Positions 9,701 to 18,379 are shown, numbered from the stretch's first letter. The stretch: 64,000 bases of DNA from Parvicellaceae bacterium (GCA_965230535.1 OZ246010.1:48637-112636), one strand, 5' to 3'. Notes: generated by a model from the letters alone, not told the origin. Translations and numbers: made by a program.

Positions 9701-12444
9701 AAATACTCACCGGAACCACCAGACCTGTCCTGAGATTCGTCATGTACACTATACAATCGTGAAATCACATCAGGCTCAACGAAATTGACTTTGTCCTGAT
9801 TTTCTATGAGGTAATTATAAGCTTTATCCCAAGCAGTATAACCATTTGTATCAGAAGAAGATATTGATCTGGAATTTACACCAGCATCATCCTTAACTGC
9901 TCCCGTTTCTCCATCCGAATCGGTTACCAACAGTTCATCTGTATCTATGAACAATTCTTCTTTTTCTGTCGTGTTTTTTTCTGTTTTCTTTGGCGTTTCT
10001 TTCATGACTGATTCATTGATTTTTTTGATCTCAAAAGGGAATTGTTGATCGAAAGCAGCATCTTCCAGATGAGAGTTTACAATAGATGGTGTTTGATATT
10101 CCCTAATGTCGCTGGCTATTAAGTCGACAAAATCTGCATAATTGAGCCCCCGGTCATTCACATTTTGGCTATGAAGCCTGATAAGTGAAGACGTGTATAC
10201 ACCTTTTCCTCCAATCTCCGTTGCCAATTGGTCTTTCAGGCAAGCCGACATAGATTTCACCAACACTTGATAGGTATTTCCTGACTTACGGGTAACTCCT
10301 CTTCTTAAATCCTCAACAGAACTGCTATTGGCTTTCAAGACGGCCAACACAGCCCTTTCATTGATACTTCTGGTATATTCGGTAGAAGAGGAAAAATGAC
10401 CAAATGCACGTGTCATTGACTCGCTATGACAGGAATCAGAGACCAAAACCACTCTGATTCTTGACTTGATTTGAGCCAATGCTGCATGGATTTCGTCATC
10501 CAACAAAAAACCATCGTAGGTCACCCAAGCCTCATCATTGCCATCATTGTTATCATCTGTGTCGTTTGCATCTGCATTTGGCTTGTTTGGAATTGGCGCA
10601 CCATGTCCAGCGTAAGTGATCATTAGAATTCCTCCATTTTCTACTTGATTCCCTAAACTTTTGACCTGTCTCAAAATAGCAGATTTGGTAGCCGTATTAT
10701 CCTTTAGAAAATGCGTCTTGTAGCCAAGTTGTTCTGCCAGATTCCCCATGTCGGTCATGTCGTTGACACATCCATATAATGGCGGTACATGAGATTTGTA
10801 GTATTCCTGATCAACGTGATTGATTCCGATATGCAATGAAATTGCTGAAGATGATTGTTCCATGTGGTCGTCTATTTTGGTTTTTAAAGTGTTTTGAACG
10901 GCTAAATCGGCCCTGAGAAGTCCGTAGCCAAAGAATTTGTTGTAATCAGTATTATCGTATGATCCTGTTATTTTTTCTGATGAATTTTTGAGAATGGCTT
11001 TAACCTGAGTCAGCGACAGTTTGGGGTTAACCGCATACATGAGTGCGATAATACCAGCTGCTCCGGGACTTGAAGCAGAAGTTCCACTAAACAATGAATA
11101 GTAATCGTTCTTAGAATACCCCTTCTCTCCTATTCTGTCTGCTACCAATAAGCCTGTATGACTGACTGGCTCCCCATCTTCATTCAATTCAAAATCCCCA
11201 CTGGGGAAACATGCAAAAACTGGTGGACCATAGTCTGAATAAATGGTTGGTTCGTTTTTATGGTTAATTGATGTGATGGCGATCACGTCTTCAGAAGAAG
11301 CATATCCGTCATTTTTAACCGGCTCTTTGCCATTTCCGGCTGCGAAAACGATGGCCGTTCCTTTTCCTCCACGCCCATGTTTACCGGCGTATTCAAAAGC
11401 CAAACGCGTATGATCTGGAAGCGGAAAAACCACATCATTGTCGTGAGAGCTGAAAATATCACCATCTGGTGGTCCCCAGCTACACGAGATCACATCAGCG
11501 CCATTCTTCACCGCCCAGTAAATTGCTTCAGACTGTAAAACCGATCCCAGACCGGTAATTCTTATGGGGATAATATTGGAATCGGGAGATACGCCTGGCG
11601 CCTTTGGATCTGCAGAACAAGCCACACTCGCGCAAGCAGTACCATGTTTTTCTCTAAACCGATGATCTGGCACACCATAACCTTCCAGAGCCATCATGTC
11701 TCTGGGAGCAATGATTTTATTGCTAAATGCAGGATGTTGCATTTCCAAACCATCGTCAATAATGGCGATTGTAGTTCCCTGTCCTTTTGTGTATGACCAT
11801 GCCTGATCGATTCCTATTCTCTTTAACCACCAGTCATTAGCCAGTTGCAGACCAGTGTTTTCCGTTTCAAAAGTCGCACCGGGTGCATTCCTCAGCTTAG
11901 TAACCAATTCGGGGTGACAGTTCTCAACAATAAACTCAGATAATAAGCCCTCACAAAACGCAAAGATTTCCCTTCCATGATCAGAAGTGGACTCGACAAA
12001 GAATGCATTGAGGTCGAAACTCAGTTTTCGCTTCTCCTTTAAATGGTATTTGGTAAAAAAGTCCTGGATTTCCTTCTTTGACACACCTACTCTGAACTTG
12101 ATGAATATGTTGGCGGTATAAATTTGGAAAATACCTGTATTCGAATAGTTAAATACCGATCCCACAAAGACCATATCCGGGTGATTGTAATTCCTGAGGA
12201 TGGTTTTGAGTTCGTCACGGTCTATGGGACACGAATTGGTACAGGTATAAACATATACATCAGAATCAGGAAATGATGCTTCAATTTTCAAGCCTGGCAG
12301 ATAGGGAACCAAATCAGGAACACTTAGTAAAATGGCATAAGGATCAATGCCTTTTCTGGTCCTCATCACAAACCTGTGCCTGGTCTCTTCCAGATAGTAA
12401 GGAGATTCAAGATTCCCCTTGAAATAAACAGTTCTAAGAGACAT
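6796..12444 (-). CDS. 1882-aa multi-hydrolase fusion: prodomain-like N-terminus, subtilase S8, caspase-like C14, second S8, alpha/beta-hydrolase (DUF676/PGAP1-like)
   Basis: Complete catalytic motifs are read in all four modules (see the domain features below). The N-terminus (MSLRTVYFKGNLESPYY) has no signal peptide, and there is no T9SS C-terminal domain. Confidence 0.85.
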   Translation of the reverse strand: MSLRTVYFKGNLESPYYLEETRHRFVMRTRKGIDPYAILLSVPDLVPYLPGLKIEASFPDSDVYVYTCTNSCPIDRDELKTILRNYNHPDMVFVGSVFNYSNTGIFQIYTANIFIKFRVGVSKKEIQDFFTKYHLKEKRKLSFDLNAFFVESTSDHGREIFAFCEGLLSEFIVENCHPELVTKLRNAPGATFETENTGLQLANDWWLKRIGIDQAWSYTKGQGTTIAIIDDGLEMQHPAFSNKIIAPRDMMALEGYGVPDHRFREKHGTACASVACSADPKAPGVSPDSNIIPIRITGLGSVLQSEAIYWAVKNGADVISCSWGPPDGDIFSSHDNDVVFPLPDHTRLAFEYAGKHGRGGKGTAIVFAAGNGKEPVKNDGYASSEDVIAITSINHKNEPTIYSDYGPPVFACFPSGDFELNEDGEPVSHTGLLVADRIGEKGYSKNDYYSLFSGTSASSPGAAGIIALMYAVNPKLSLTQVKAILKNSSEKITGSYDNTDYNKFFGYGLLRADLAVQNTLKTKIDDHMEQSSSAISLHIGINHVDQEYYKSHVPPLYGCVNDMTDMGNLAEQLGYKTHFLKDNTATKSAILRQVKSLGNQVENGGILMITYAGHGAPIPNKPNADANDTDDNNDGNDEAWVTYDGFLLDDEIHAALAQIKSRIRVVLVSDSCHSESMTRAFGHFSSSTEYTRSINERAVLAVLKANSSSVEDLRRGVTRKSGNTYQVLVKSMSACLKDQLATEIGGKGVYTSSLIRLHSQNVNDRGLNYADFVDLIASDIREYQTPSIVNSHLEDAAFDQQFPFEIKKINESVMKETPKKTEKNTTEKEELFIDTDELLVTDSDGETGAVKDDAGVNSRSISSSDTNGYTAWDKAYNYLIENQDKVNFVEPDVISRLYSVHDESQDRSGGSGEYLKTYPNPEDEGNPEPFIWHLGDEHSGLKTANESVFPEIKQGAKKPKTKDLVKIGHIDTGYIEGHPSLPMNIDYSEILGTNTGSGIDLDERFAAFEQHGHGNATMSILAGNWVDYEDTGDNYKGFFGAIPYAKVLPIKISETVVLLSGKHFARAVNYAIDQGCDVITMSMAGLPSKVMAKAVNRAYEAGVIIVSAAGNSWSKGGKIILPKRTLYPARYDRVLAAVGATYTKRPYLNEYNKMTRAAGGKYMQTCYGPQSALPTSLAAYTPNITWFHQKEKQPDGSISYYVKAGGGTSSATPQIAAAAALYVQKYKKELSKYQGKNAWKKAEIVRKALFLSANKSTEFNWIFGNGLLKANDALQSEFAPAKLESKIKKAKKAPERRRFLGGIFGVFARGMENNEKLNEALEDMMLTEISQLLHKDVDLFPFLDEINLEEETISLDNPDLINKIIQSPYASDFLKKNLSRKQDLRTPDTINVTDNISSTILSSKRGDIRIQAVGVEYNISNSSSTQEVIDNDIVWNDEFELEISTSRSVREGLETSLTIEVTDPELESVMIIEKVYEDGTVYEWKHPVFEELNKSKRSVNEQKPAQRNLFEIPLDDLQNNQRFIGKLLKKAVIKIKKWAVKKVLKKLSKSKANSLLKTIGNDKYDIFIYDLKSNVIGDNAWQHTNDIDSKKIYQAISNDSKPVLILFQGLFRGVNKSFDEFLSSSSVREKLLKKHGRYIIGINMPTIVHRVEENANQLEKIFKGKFKQKPCTVMAMSRGGVVARHLFEENWVTKTTRQTSTNAPFKLNQLLMFGTPNQGTMIASSKNWNSLFNYATIISRITLGTIAPVVPTIFSAIKILADKIVDLPGIDDMEETSEVILKLNQIEMNRDNYFVFTSHFEPKGKLISKILDGAVDRLIFKGEHNDGVTPTPGAIFENEELANVIELTEGKQFMICDKDVSHFSYLDEKHTKVSKKLFDLLS
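6799..7647 (-). other. alpha/beta-hydrolase (lipase/esterase, DUF676/PGAP1-like) domain, aa ~1600-1882
   Basis: Nucleophile elbow 'VMAMSRGGVVARHL' (S1677) and 'LLMFGTPNQGT'. Candidate acid 'EHNDGVTP' and candidate His 'VSHFSYL'. Confidence 0.65.
8620..9672 (-). other. subtilase (S8) domain 2, aa ~925-1275
   Basis: 'FIWHLGDE' entry motif, Asp 'IGHIDTGY' (D971), His 'QHGHGNATMS', Ser 'GGGTSSATPQIAAAAAL' (S1209). Confidence 0.8.
10405..10842 (-). other. caspase-like peptidase C14 domain, aa ~535-680
   Basis: 'LHIGINHV...', the His of 'ITYAGHG' (H614) and the Cys of 'LVSDSCHSE' (C672). The Cys codon was verified at 10429-10431. Confidence 0.8.
10900..11832 (-). other. subtilase (S8) domain 1, aa ~205-515
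   Basis: Asp 'IAIIDDG' (D230), His 'EKHGTACAS' (H267), Ser 'FSGTSASSPGAAG' (S456). Confidence 0.8.
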
Positions 12445-12494
12445 ATAAAAGGCTTTAGTTCAGGTCTTTGCAATTTCCCAAAATATCTCTTGAG

Positions 12495-12541
12495 TTTTAT
12501 CCCTGAAAACAGTGGTTTTGATTCAGATTTCAGGGATAAAA
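12495..12541. promoter_or_regulatory. 14-bp perfect inverted repeat (ttttatccctgaaa N19 tttcagggataaaa) upstream of the giant hydrolase gene
   Basis: Read directly from the sequence. It lies 51-97 nt upstream of the ATG at 12444, in the divergent intergenic region. Candidate operator or 5'-leader stem-loop. Confidence 0.5.
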
Positions 12542-12737
12542 GAAAAGTTTAATATTGACTTAATATCGTCTAACAGACTCGTTACCAAACCACTCCTTTC
12601 CGGACAGTAATTTTCTCCAATTGCTTTGTAACAAATGTGCTTTCTTTGTGTCCCATTTATGCACGTATAAATGAACCAATTTATCTGTTTTGGATACCAC
12701 CAGTAACCAGAATAGATTTACGAAGAAAACTACACCT

Positions 12738-15116
12738 ATGAAACTACTTGGCCTTTGCGCTCTAAGCATTTTACCCATTCACTTATTTGCTCAAACGCCC
12801 TACTCCATTTCAGCGAAAGTTTTGGACGACCAGAATGCTCCTGTTGAGTTTGGAAATGTACTCCTCATCAATTCCAAAGATTCATCGCTTATCAAAGGAG
12901 AACTAATTTCTGAAGGTGAATTTCTTATGAACAAGGTCAATGTAGATGAAGCCCTACTCCACATTAAAGTAATTGGCTTTGAAGAACAATACCTGCCGAT
13001 TAAACGTCCGGAAGGCACTGAATTAAAGCTTGACGACATTGCGCTTAAGAACTCTGACCTGACTGATGTGACTGTGAAGGCCTTTAAACCTGCTTTTAAA
13101 CGAGAAGGAGACAAAGTTGTGGTAGATGTTGAAGGCAGCGGTCTGGCAGAAAGTGGAACCGTAATCGATCTGCTCAGAAAATCTCCTGGCGTACTGGTAA
13201 CAGGTGAATACAACGTTCAAATCTTTGGAAAAGGAACTCCCAGAATCTATGTCGATGGTCAGTTACTCACCTCTCAAAACTTATTGCTCAGCATTTCTTC
13301 TGAAGATGTTAAGGAAATTCAAATCATTAAAAATCCCGGAGCCGAATATGATGCAGAAGGTCAGGGAGGCGTCATCAACATCATTACTAAAGTGAATACT
13401 TTGCAAGGAGTAAATGGTTCCGTCTCCGCTTCAACTGCACATGGAAGAGACTGGTTTCATTCGGCCAACACCCGTATCAGTTATAGAAAAAACAAATTCA
13501 ATACTTTCTTTATTGCCAACACTTTCTTTGGAACACGAGGAAACAGCAATGAGTATTTCAGATCAATTTTTGATCCCGCAGGCACCATCTATTTCGATAA
13601 CGAGCTAGACAATATTAGAGATATCAACTACAATTCTAATTTCAGACTGGGCGCCGACTATCAGATCAATAGTAAGCACAAAGTGAGTTTGCAGTGGAAA
13701 ACGATCTACGACAACGTTACTACGAAAACGAGCAACGCCAATTATATTTACGACGACTACAACACGCTTTCTTTGCTGGAAACGAAAACCGACAATAGCT
13801 ACCTGATGAGAAACAATGTAGCATCTCTTAATTACAAGTTTAAAGACGATTCTACCAAAAACACTCTGGTTTTCAATACAGATTACTCTGTATATTCCTC
13901 AGAGGATTTGGGATCGATTGTGGAGAACATCACAACAAACAGCACGGTTGAAAACGACAAACAAAGTATTGGAGCAAACAAGATTCGCCTCTTCTCTGCC
14001 AAGTTGGACCACAAAAAGACATTCAGTGAGGTGTTTACTTTGTCTTCCGGACTGAAGCATTATGAGTCGAGCAACAACAGTAGCGCCCTGTTTCAGCAGC
14101 TTCAGGGTGGCGAATGGGAAGAAGATTCTGCCTTGACCAACGGCTATAATTTTAGAGAAGGTGTATCGGCTTTGTACACTGAGGCCACGATCAACAAAAA
14201 CAAATTTAGTGGCCGCTTTGGACTTAGAGCCGAACGCACTCAAACACAGGGAACCTCTGCACTGGCGAGTGGTTTTGTGGTAGACACCTCATACTTCAAC
14301 CTCTTTCCTACCGCATTTTTGGGCTATGAATTAGGGAAGGATCTGGATTTGGGCTTCAACTACACTACCCGATTCAGACGACCAGCTTTCCAGGATCTGA
14401 ATCCTTTTATTGAATATATCGATTCCGTGAGTGCCTTTATTGGGAATCCTTTCTTACAACCGGAATATTCTCACAACCTGTCACTGTCACTGACGTACAT
14501 GGAATATGCATCTATAGAATTTGGCTACACCAGAACCAACAATGAAGTCCTCTTTATTGCAGAGAAAACACCACAAAACGCCTTCTATGTGCAGGATCAA
14601 AACATCAACTTTGGTGAGATTTACAATTTTGACATCACTTTGCCTTATCAAACCAAGAGTTGGACAACGTATAACGGTTTTGGCTACTCCATGACGCGAT
14701 ACAATTTTAATGACAATGGTGTTGAAACCGATTTGAAACTGCCTTCTTTCTATTTCTACTTGTACAATGAACTAAACCTACCGGCAGACATTTCATTGAG
14801 TGGTACTTTCTGGTACTCGGGGCGTGGATTGGAGGGCGTTTTCCTATACGAACCTTTATACGGTTTAAATGCCACAGTTACCAAGAAACTATTTAAGAAA
14901 AAGGTGACCTTAAGCTTCTCAGCCAACGACATCTTGCGTTCTAATATTCAACAAGGTTATACCAATCTGGAAGGCTTTGAAATTCAGTACAGATTTATCT
15001 ACGACACCAATTTTTACAGACTGGGCATTCGTTACAATTTTGGAAAACTTAAAGCGACCGACTACTCTGACAAATCCGGAAACGGAGAAGAAATGGGACG
15101 AATCAAAAACGACTAA
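12738..15116 (+). CDS. TonB-dependent-receptor-like outer membrane beta-barrel protein (CarboxypepD_reg-like N-terminus)
   Basis: Signal peptide 'MKLLGLCALSILPIHLFAQ', plug-like 'DVKEIQIIKNPGAEYDAEGQGGVINIITK', then long beta-strand-rich sequence ending 'YRLGIRYNFG'. Start moved to ATG 12738. Confidence 0.75.
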   Translation: MKLLGLCALSILPIHLFAQTPYSISAKVLDDQNAPVEFGNVLLINSKDSSLIKGELISEGEFLMNKVNVDEALLHIKVIGFEEQYLPIKRPEGTELKLDDIALKNSDLTDVTVKAFKPAFKREGDKVVVDVEGSGLAESGTVIDLLRKSPGVLVTGEYNVQIFGKGTPRIYVDGQLLTSQNLLLSISSEDVKEIQIIKNPGAEYDAEGQGGVINIITKVNTLQGVNGSVSASTAHGRDWFHSANTRISYRKNKFNTFFIANTFFGTRGNSNEYFRSIFDPAGTIYFDNELDNIRDINYNSNFRLGADYQINSKHKVSLQWKTIYDNVTTKTSNANYIYDDYNTLSLLETKTDNSYLMRNNVASLNYKFKDDSTKNTLVFNTDYSVYSSEDLGSIVENITTNSTVENDKQSIGANKIRLFSAKLDHKKTFSEVFTLSSGLKHYESSNNSSALFQQLQGGEWEEDSALTNGYNFREGVSALYTEATINKNKFSGRFGLRAERTQTQGTSALASGFVVDTSYFNLFPTAFLGYELGKDLDLGFNYTTRFRRPAFQDLNPFIEYIDSVSAFIGNPFLQPEYSHNLSLSLTYMEYASIEFGYTRTNNEVLFIAEKTPQNAFYVQDQNINFGEIYNFDITLPYQTKSWTTYNGFGYSMTRYNFNDNGVETDLKLPSFYFYLYNELNLPADISLSGTFWYSGRGLEGVFLYEPLYGLNATVTKKLFKKKVTLSFSANDILRSNIQQGYTNLEGFEIQYRFIYDTNFYRLGIRYNFGKLKATDYSDKSGNGEEMGRIKND

Positions 15117-15117
15117 T

Positions 15118-15150
15118 AAAAAAAGGCAGAAACTTTCGTTCCTGCCTTTA
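15118..15150. terminator. hairpin terminator between convergent genes
   Basis: aaaaaaGGCAGAAACtttcGTTCCTGCCttta. One A:C mismatch, with flanking A and T runs. Confidence 0.6.
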
Positions 15151-15172
15151 TAATTACATCTCTTTACTAATG

Positions 15173-15625
15173 CTATTTTCCGCTGGTAGGCGCAGTAGCA
15201 CCTTCTTTCTTAATTGGAGCCGTTGTTGGCTTTGGTGCGGCAGCAATATTTCCTTTAATCCTAATCACCTTTGTTGGTGAATTAGTTGCATTACTGGTAA
15301 TTGTCACAGATTTATTGATTGGTCCGATTCTCTTTGAATCATACTTCACCTTAATTGAGGCTGATTTGCCTGGAGCAATTGGTTCTCTTGGCCAAGTTGG
15401 CACAGTACAACCACATGACCCTCTGGCATTTGAAATTATCAATGGCTCTGATCCATGGTTGGTGAACACAAAATCACATGAGGCATCTCCATGTTGCTTC
15501 ATAGAGCCAAAATCGTGTATTTCTTTCTCAAATTCAATAGTTGGTCCTTCTTGAGCTGACACCTTGTTTACCAAAGCAAAAGCGAAGATCATTCCTAAAA
15601 ATAGCAATCCTTTTTTCATAATCAT
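15173..15625 (-). CDS. DUF1573 domain-containing secreted protein
   Basis: Signal peptide plus 'FEKEIHDFGSMKQHGDASCDFVFTNHGSEPLIISNARGSCGCTVP', typical of DUF1573. Confidence 0.75.
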   Translation of the reverse strand: MIMKKGLLFLGMIFAFALVNKVSAQEGPTIEFEKEIHDFGSMKQHGDASCDFVFTNHGSEPLIISNARGSCGCTVPTWPREPIAPGKSASIKVKYDSKRIGPINKSVTITSNATNSPTKVIRIKGNIAAAPKPTTAPIKKEGATAPTSGK

Positions 15626-15764
15626 TTTTTAAAATCTTCTCTAAATGTACACCAATATCTGCAATTATAGAAGTTACGATCCTGACAAATGTCAGTTCTT
15701 GCACTGACCACCGACATATGATCTGGCATTTTTTAAAACGTCATTTACGATATAAATAAATATT

Positions 15765-16928
15765 ATGCCCAGATATCATTCTTTAGGAAACATACCTCAC
15801 AAACGACATACGACATTCAGAAAGGAAGACGGTCAGCTATATCAAGAAGAATTGTTCGGGACAGCTGGTTTTGCTGGCATGTCTTCCCTTCTTTATCACC
15901 ACTACCCGCCTACATGTGTGAAGGAATTTGGTGATCCGGTCAATGTTCGTCCTAAAGTAGCTGTGGAAGACAATATGAAGGCGCTCAGCTTTAAGGGCTT
16001 CAATATTCAGGCAGAAGATGATTATATCAAAAGTCGAAAAACTCTGTTTGTAAACAACGACATGCACATTGGTTTAGCAGCTCCACGTTCGTTTTCAAAA
16101 GACTATTTCTTTAAGAATGCGGATGCAGATGAAATGATCTTTATTCATGAGGGATCAGGGAAACTCAAAACTATGTATGGCAACGTGGACTTCAAGTATG
16201 GCGACTACCTTGTCATTCCAAGAGGAACTGTCTACCAGATAGATTTTGATACCACGGATAATCGTTTATTGATTGTAGAAAGCTTCAGCCCTATCCTCAC
16301 TCCGGAAAGGTATCGCAACAACTTTGGGCAAATGCTGGAACACTCACCATTTTGTGAACGAGATTTCAGATTACCACAAGACCTTCAAACATTCACCGAT
16401 TTGGGAGAATTCAAGGTTTACATCAAAAAGAAAGGCATTCTTTACTCTTACATTTATGAGAACCATCCTTTTGATGTAGTTGGCTGGGACGGTTTCAACT
16501 ACCCCTATGCCATTTCTATATTCGATTTTGAACCATTAACTGGCAGAGTTCACATGCCACCTCCCATTCACCAACAATTTGAAGGCAACAACTTTGTGAT
16601 TTGCTCTTTTGTCCCAAGGCTGTATGATTACCATCCGGAAGCCATTCCTGCCCCATATCACCATAGTAATGTGGATTCTGATGAGTTGCTTTACTATGTA
16701 GACGGAGACTTCATGAGCAGAAACAATATTGAGAAAGGACAAATCACGCTACATCCGGGCGGCATTCCTCACGGGCCACATCCTGGCGCTATTGAAAGAA
16801 GTATTGGCAAAAAAGAGACTCAGGAGCTTGCAGTAATGATCGATCCGTTTAACCCGGTTTCCATTACAGAAGAAGCCTTAGAAATTGAAGCCACAAACTA
16901 TTACAAATCGTGGAGCACTAACTCATGA
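15765..16928 (+). CDS. hmgA: homogentisate 1,2-dioxygenase
   Basis: 387 aa. Cupin-type 'GDYLVIPRGTVYQ' and 'HHSNVDSDELLYY...GGIPHGPHPG'. Ends in TGA, which shows TGA is a stop codon in this genome. Confidence 0.85.
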   Translation: MPRYHSLGNIPHKRHTTFRKEDGQLYQEELFGTAGFAGMSSLLYHHYPPTCVKEFGDPVNVRPKVAVEDNMKALSFKGFNIQAEDDYIKSRKTLFVNNDMHIGLAAPRSFSKDYFFKNADADEMIFIHEGSGKLKTMYGNVDFKYGDYLVIPRGTVYQIDFDTTDNRLLIVESFSPILTPERYRNNFGQMLEHSPFCERDFRLPQDLQTFTDLGEFKVYIKKKGILYSYIYENHPFDVVGWDGFNYPYAISIFDFEPLTGRVHMPPPIHQQFEGNNFVICSFVPRLYDYHPEAIPAPYHHSNVDSDELLYYVDGDFMSRNNIEKGQITLHPGGIPHGPHPGAIERSIGKKETQELAVMIDPFNPVSITEEALEIEATNYYKSWSTNS

Positions 16929-16978
16929 AGTAAAAGATTCAACAAAGAACTATAACAACCCTAAAAACAAGCAACTAA

Positions 16979-18379
16979 ATGTTTATTCACCAATTTTATA
17001 CCAAGTGCTTATCTGAAGCTTCATATTATGTGGAGTCTAACGGAGAAGCAGCCATCATAGACCCCATTCGGGACACCAATGCTTATCTCGAATTAGCAGA
17101 GGAACGTGGCGCTAAAATCAAATACGTCTTCGAAACTCACTTTCATGCGGATTTCGTATCTGGACATATAGAACTGGCCAGACAAACCGGAGCTAACATT
17201 GTCTATGGTCCCACAGCACAAGCCAATTACGACATTGTTGTGGCTGAAGATGAAGAAATCTATCAGATTGGAGATATTCAGCTAAAAGTACTCCACACTC
17301 CCGGACATACTATGGAATCTTCTTGTTTCCTGTTAATTGACGAACAGGGCAAAGAACAGGCAGTATTTACTGGCGACACTTTGTTTATTGGAGATGTTGG
17401 CAGACCTGATCTGGCGGTCAAAACAGATTTGAGTCGCGAAGACCTGGCCAGATATTTATACAGATCGATCAACGAAAAGCTGTTAGTGCTTGATGACGAT
17501 ATCATTGTCTACCCTGGTCATGGCGCAGGTTCTCAGTGTGGAAAAGCCCTCAGCAACGAAACAGAATCCACCATTGGAAAACAAAAGGAATTGAATTATG
17601 CTTTACAAGCCAGTTCTGAAGAAGACTTTGTTGCTAAAGTGACTGAAGGTCTTACAACACCTCCTCAGTATTTCCCTAAAAACGCAGCGATTAACAAGAC
17701 TGGTTACACCACAGGCATAGAGGACATCATGAAGCAATCCTTGAAGCCTTTGTCTGTTGGCGAGTTTAAAATGATGTGGGACGAGTACAACATACTGGTA
17801 CTGGACACCAGAACGCCAGAAGACTTCTCTATGGGACACATTCCCGGAGCTCTCAACATTGGATTAAACGGTTCTTTTGCGGTTTGGGTAGGCACCTTGA
17901 TTAAAGAATTGAACACGCCTATTCTATTAGTAACCGAACCAGGAAAAGAAGAAGAATCTGTTCTAAGATTAGCCAGAGTTGGTTATGAAAACGTGAGCGG
18001 TTATCTCAAGGGCGGCATGAATGCATGGAAAGAAGCAGATCAGGTAGAGTCTTTTTTCTCCAACGTTTGTCCCGTTGATTTTAGAATGAATCCGGAAGGA
18101 AAAACGATTTTAGATGTACGCACACCGCAGGAATACGAGGAAGGCCATTTTGAAGGCGCTTTAAACTTCCCACTTGCTTCATTACAAGATCTTTCCTCTA
18201 AACTAAGCAGATCCGATCAATACTATGTGTACTGCAAATCGGGCTACAGATCGGTGGTGGCATGTTCCATTCTGGAAAGCCTGGGATTCGAGCACATTTT
18301 CAATGTGAAAAAGGGCTACCAGGGCATTGTAGACCCCAAAAGCACCTGTTGTTGCAGTAAAACAGATTCAAATAGCTAA
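16979..18379 (+). CDS. MBL-fold metallo-hydrolase fused to two rhodanese domains (persulfide dioxygenase-like)
   Basis: 'ETHFHADFVSGH' metallo-beta-lactamase motif. Two rhodanese modules with 'YCKSGYRS' active-site loop. Confidence 0.8.
   Translation: MFIHQFYTKCLSEASYYVESNGEAAIIDPIRDTNAYLELAEERGAKIKYVFETHFHADFVSGHIELARQTGANIVYGPTAQANYDIVVAEDEEIYQIGDIQLKVLHTPGHTMESSCFLLIDEQGKEQAVFTGDTLFIGDVGRPDLAVKTDLSREDLARYLYRSINEKLLVLDDDIIVYPGHGAGSQCGKALSNETESTIGKQKELNYALQASSEEDFVAKVTEGLTTPPQYFPKNAAINKTGYTTGIEDIMKQSLKPLSVGEFKMMWDEYNILVLDTRTPEDFSMGHIPGALNIGLNGSFAVWVGTLIKELNTPILLVTEPGKEEESVLRLARVGYENVSGYLKGGMNAWKEADQVESFFSNVCPVDFRMNPEGKTILDVRTPQEYEEGHFEGALNFPLASLQDLSSKLSRSDQYYVYCKSGYRSVVACSILESLGFEHIFNVKKGYQGIVDPKSTCCCSKTDSNS

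Noticed and set aside
12560-12778. A 72-aa minus-strand ORF in the divergent intergenic region
   Set aside because: It overlaps the receptor gene's signal-peptide region in antisense and the promoter region. It has no motif, and the region is better explained as regulatory DNA.
12800-13213. A 137-aa minus-strand ORF, together with other antisense ORFs inside large genes (for example 7291-9694 + within the giant hydrolase, 56868-57176 - in the Ser-rich repeat, 55544-55765 +)
   Set aside because: All overlap longer ORFs with recognisable domains. The sequences are low-complexity or Ser/Leu-rich mirror translations.
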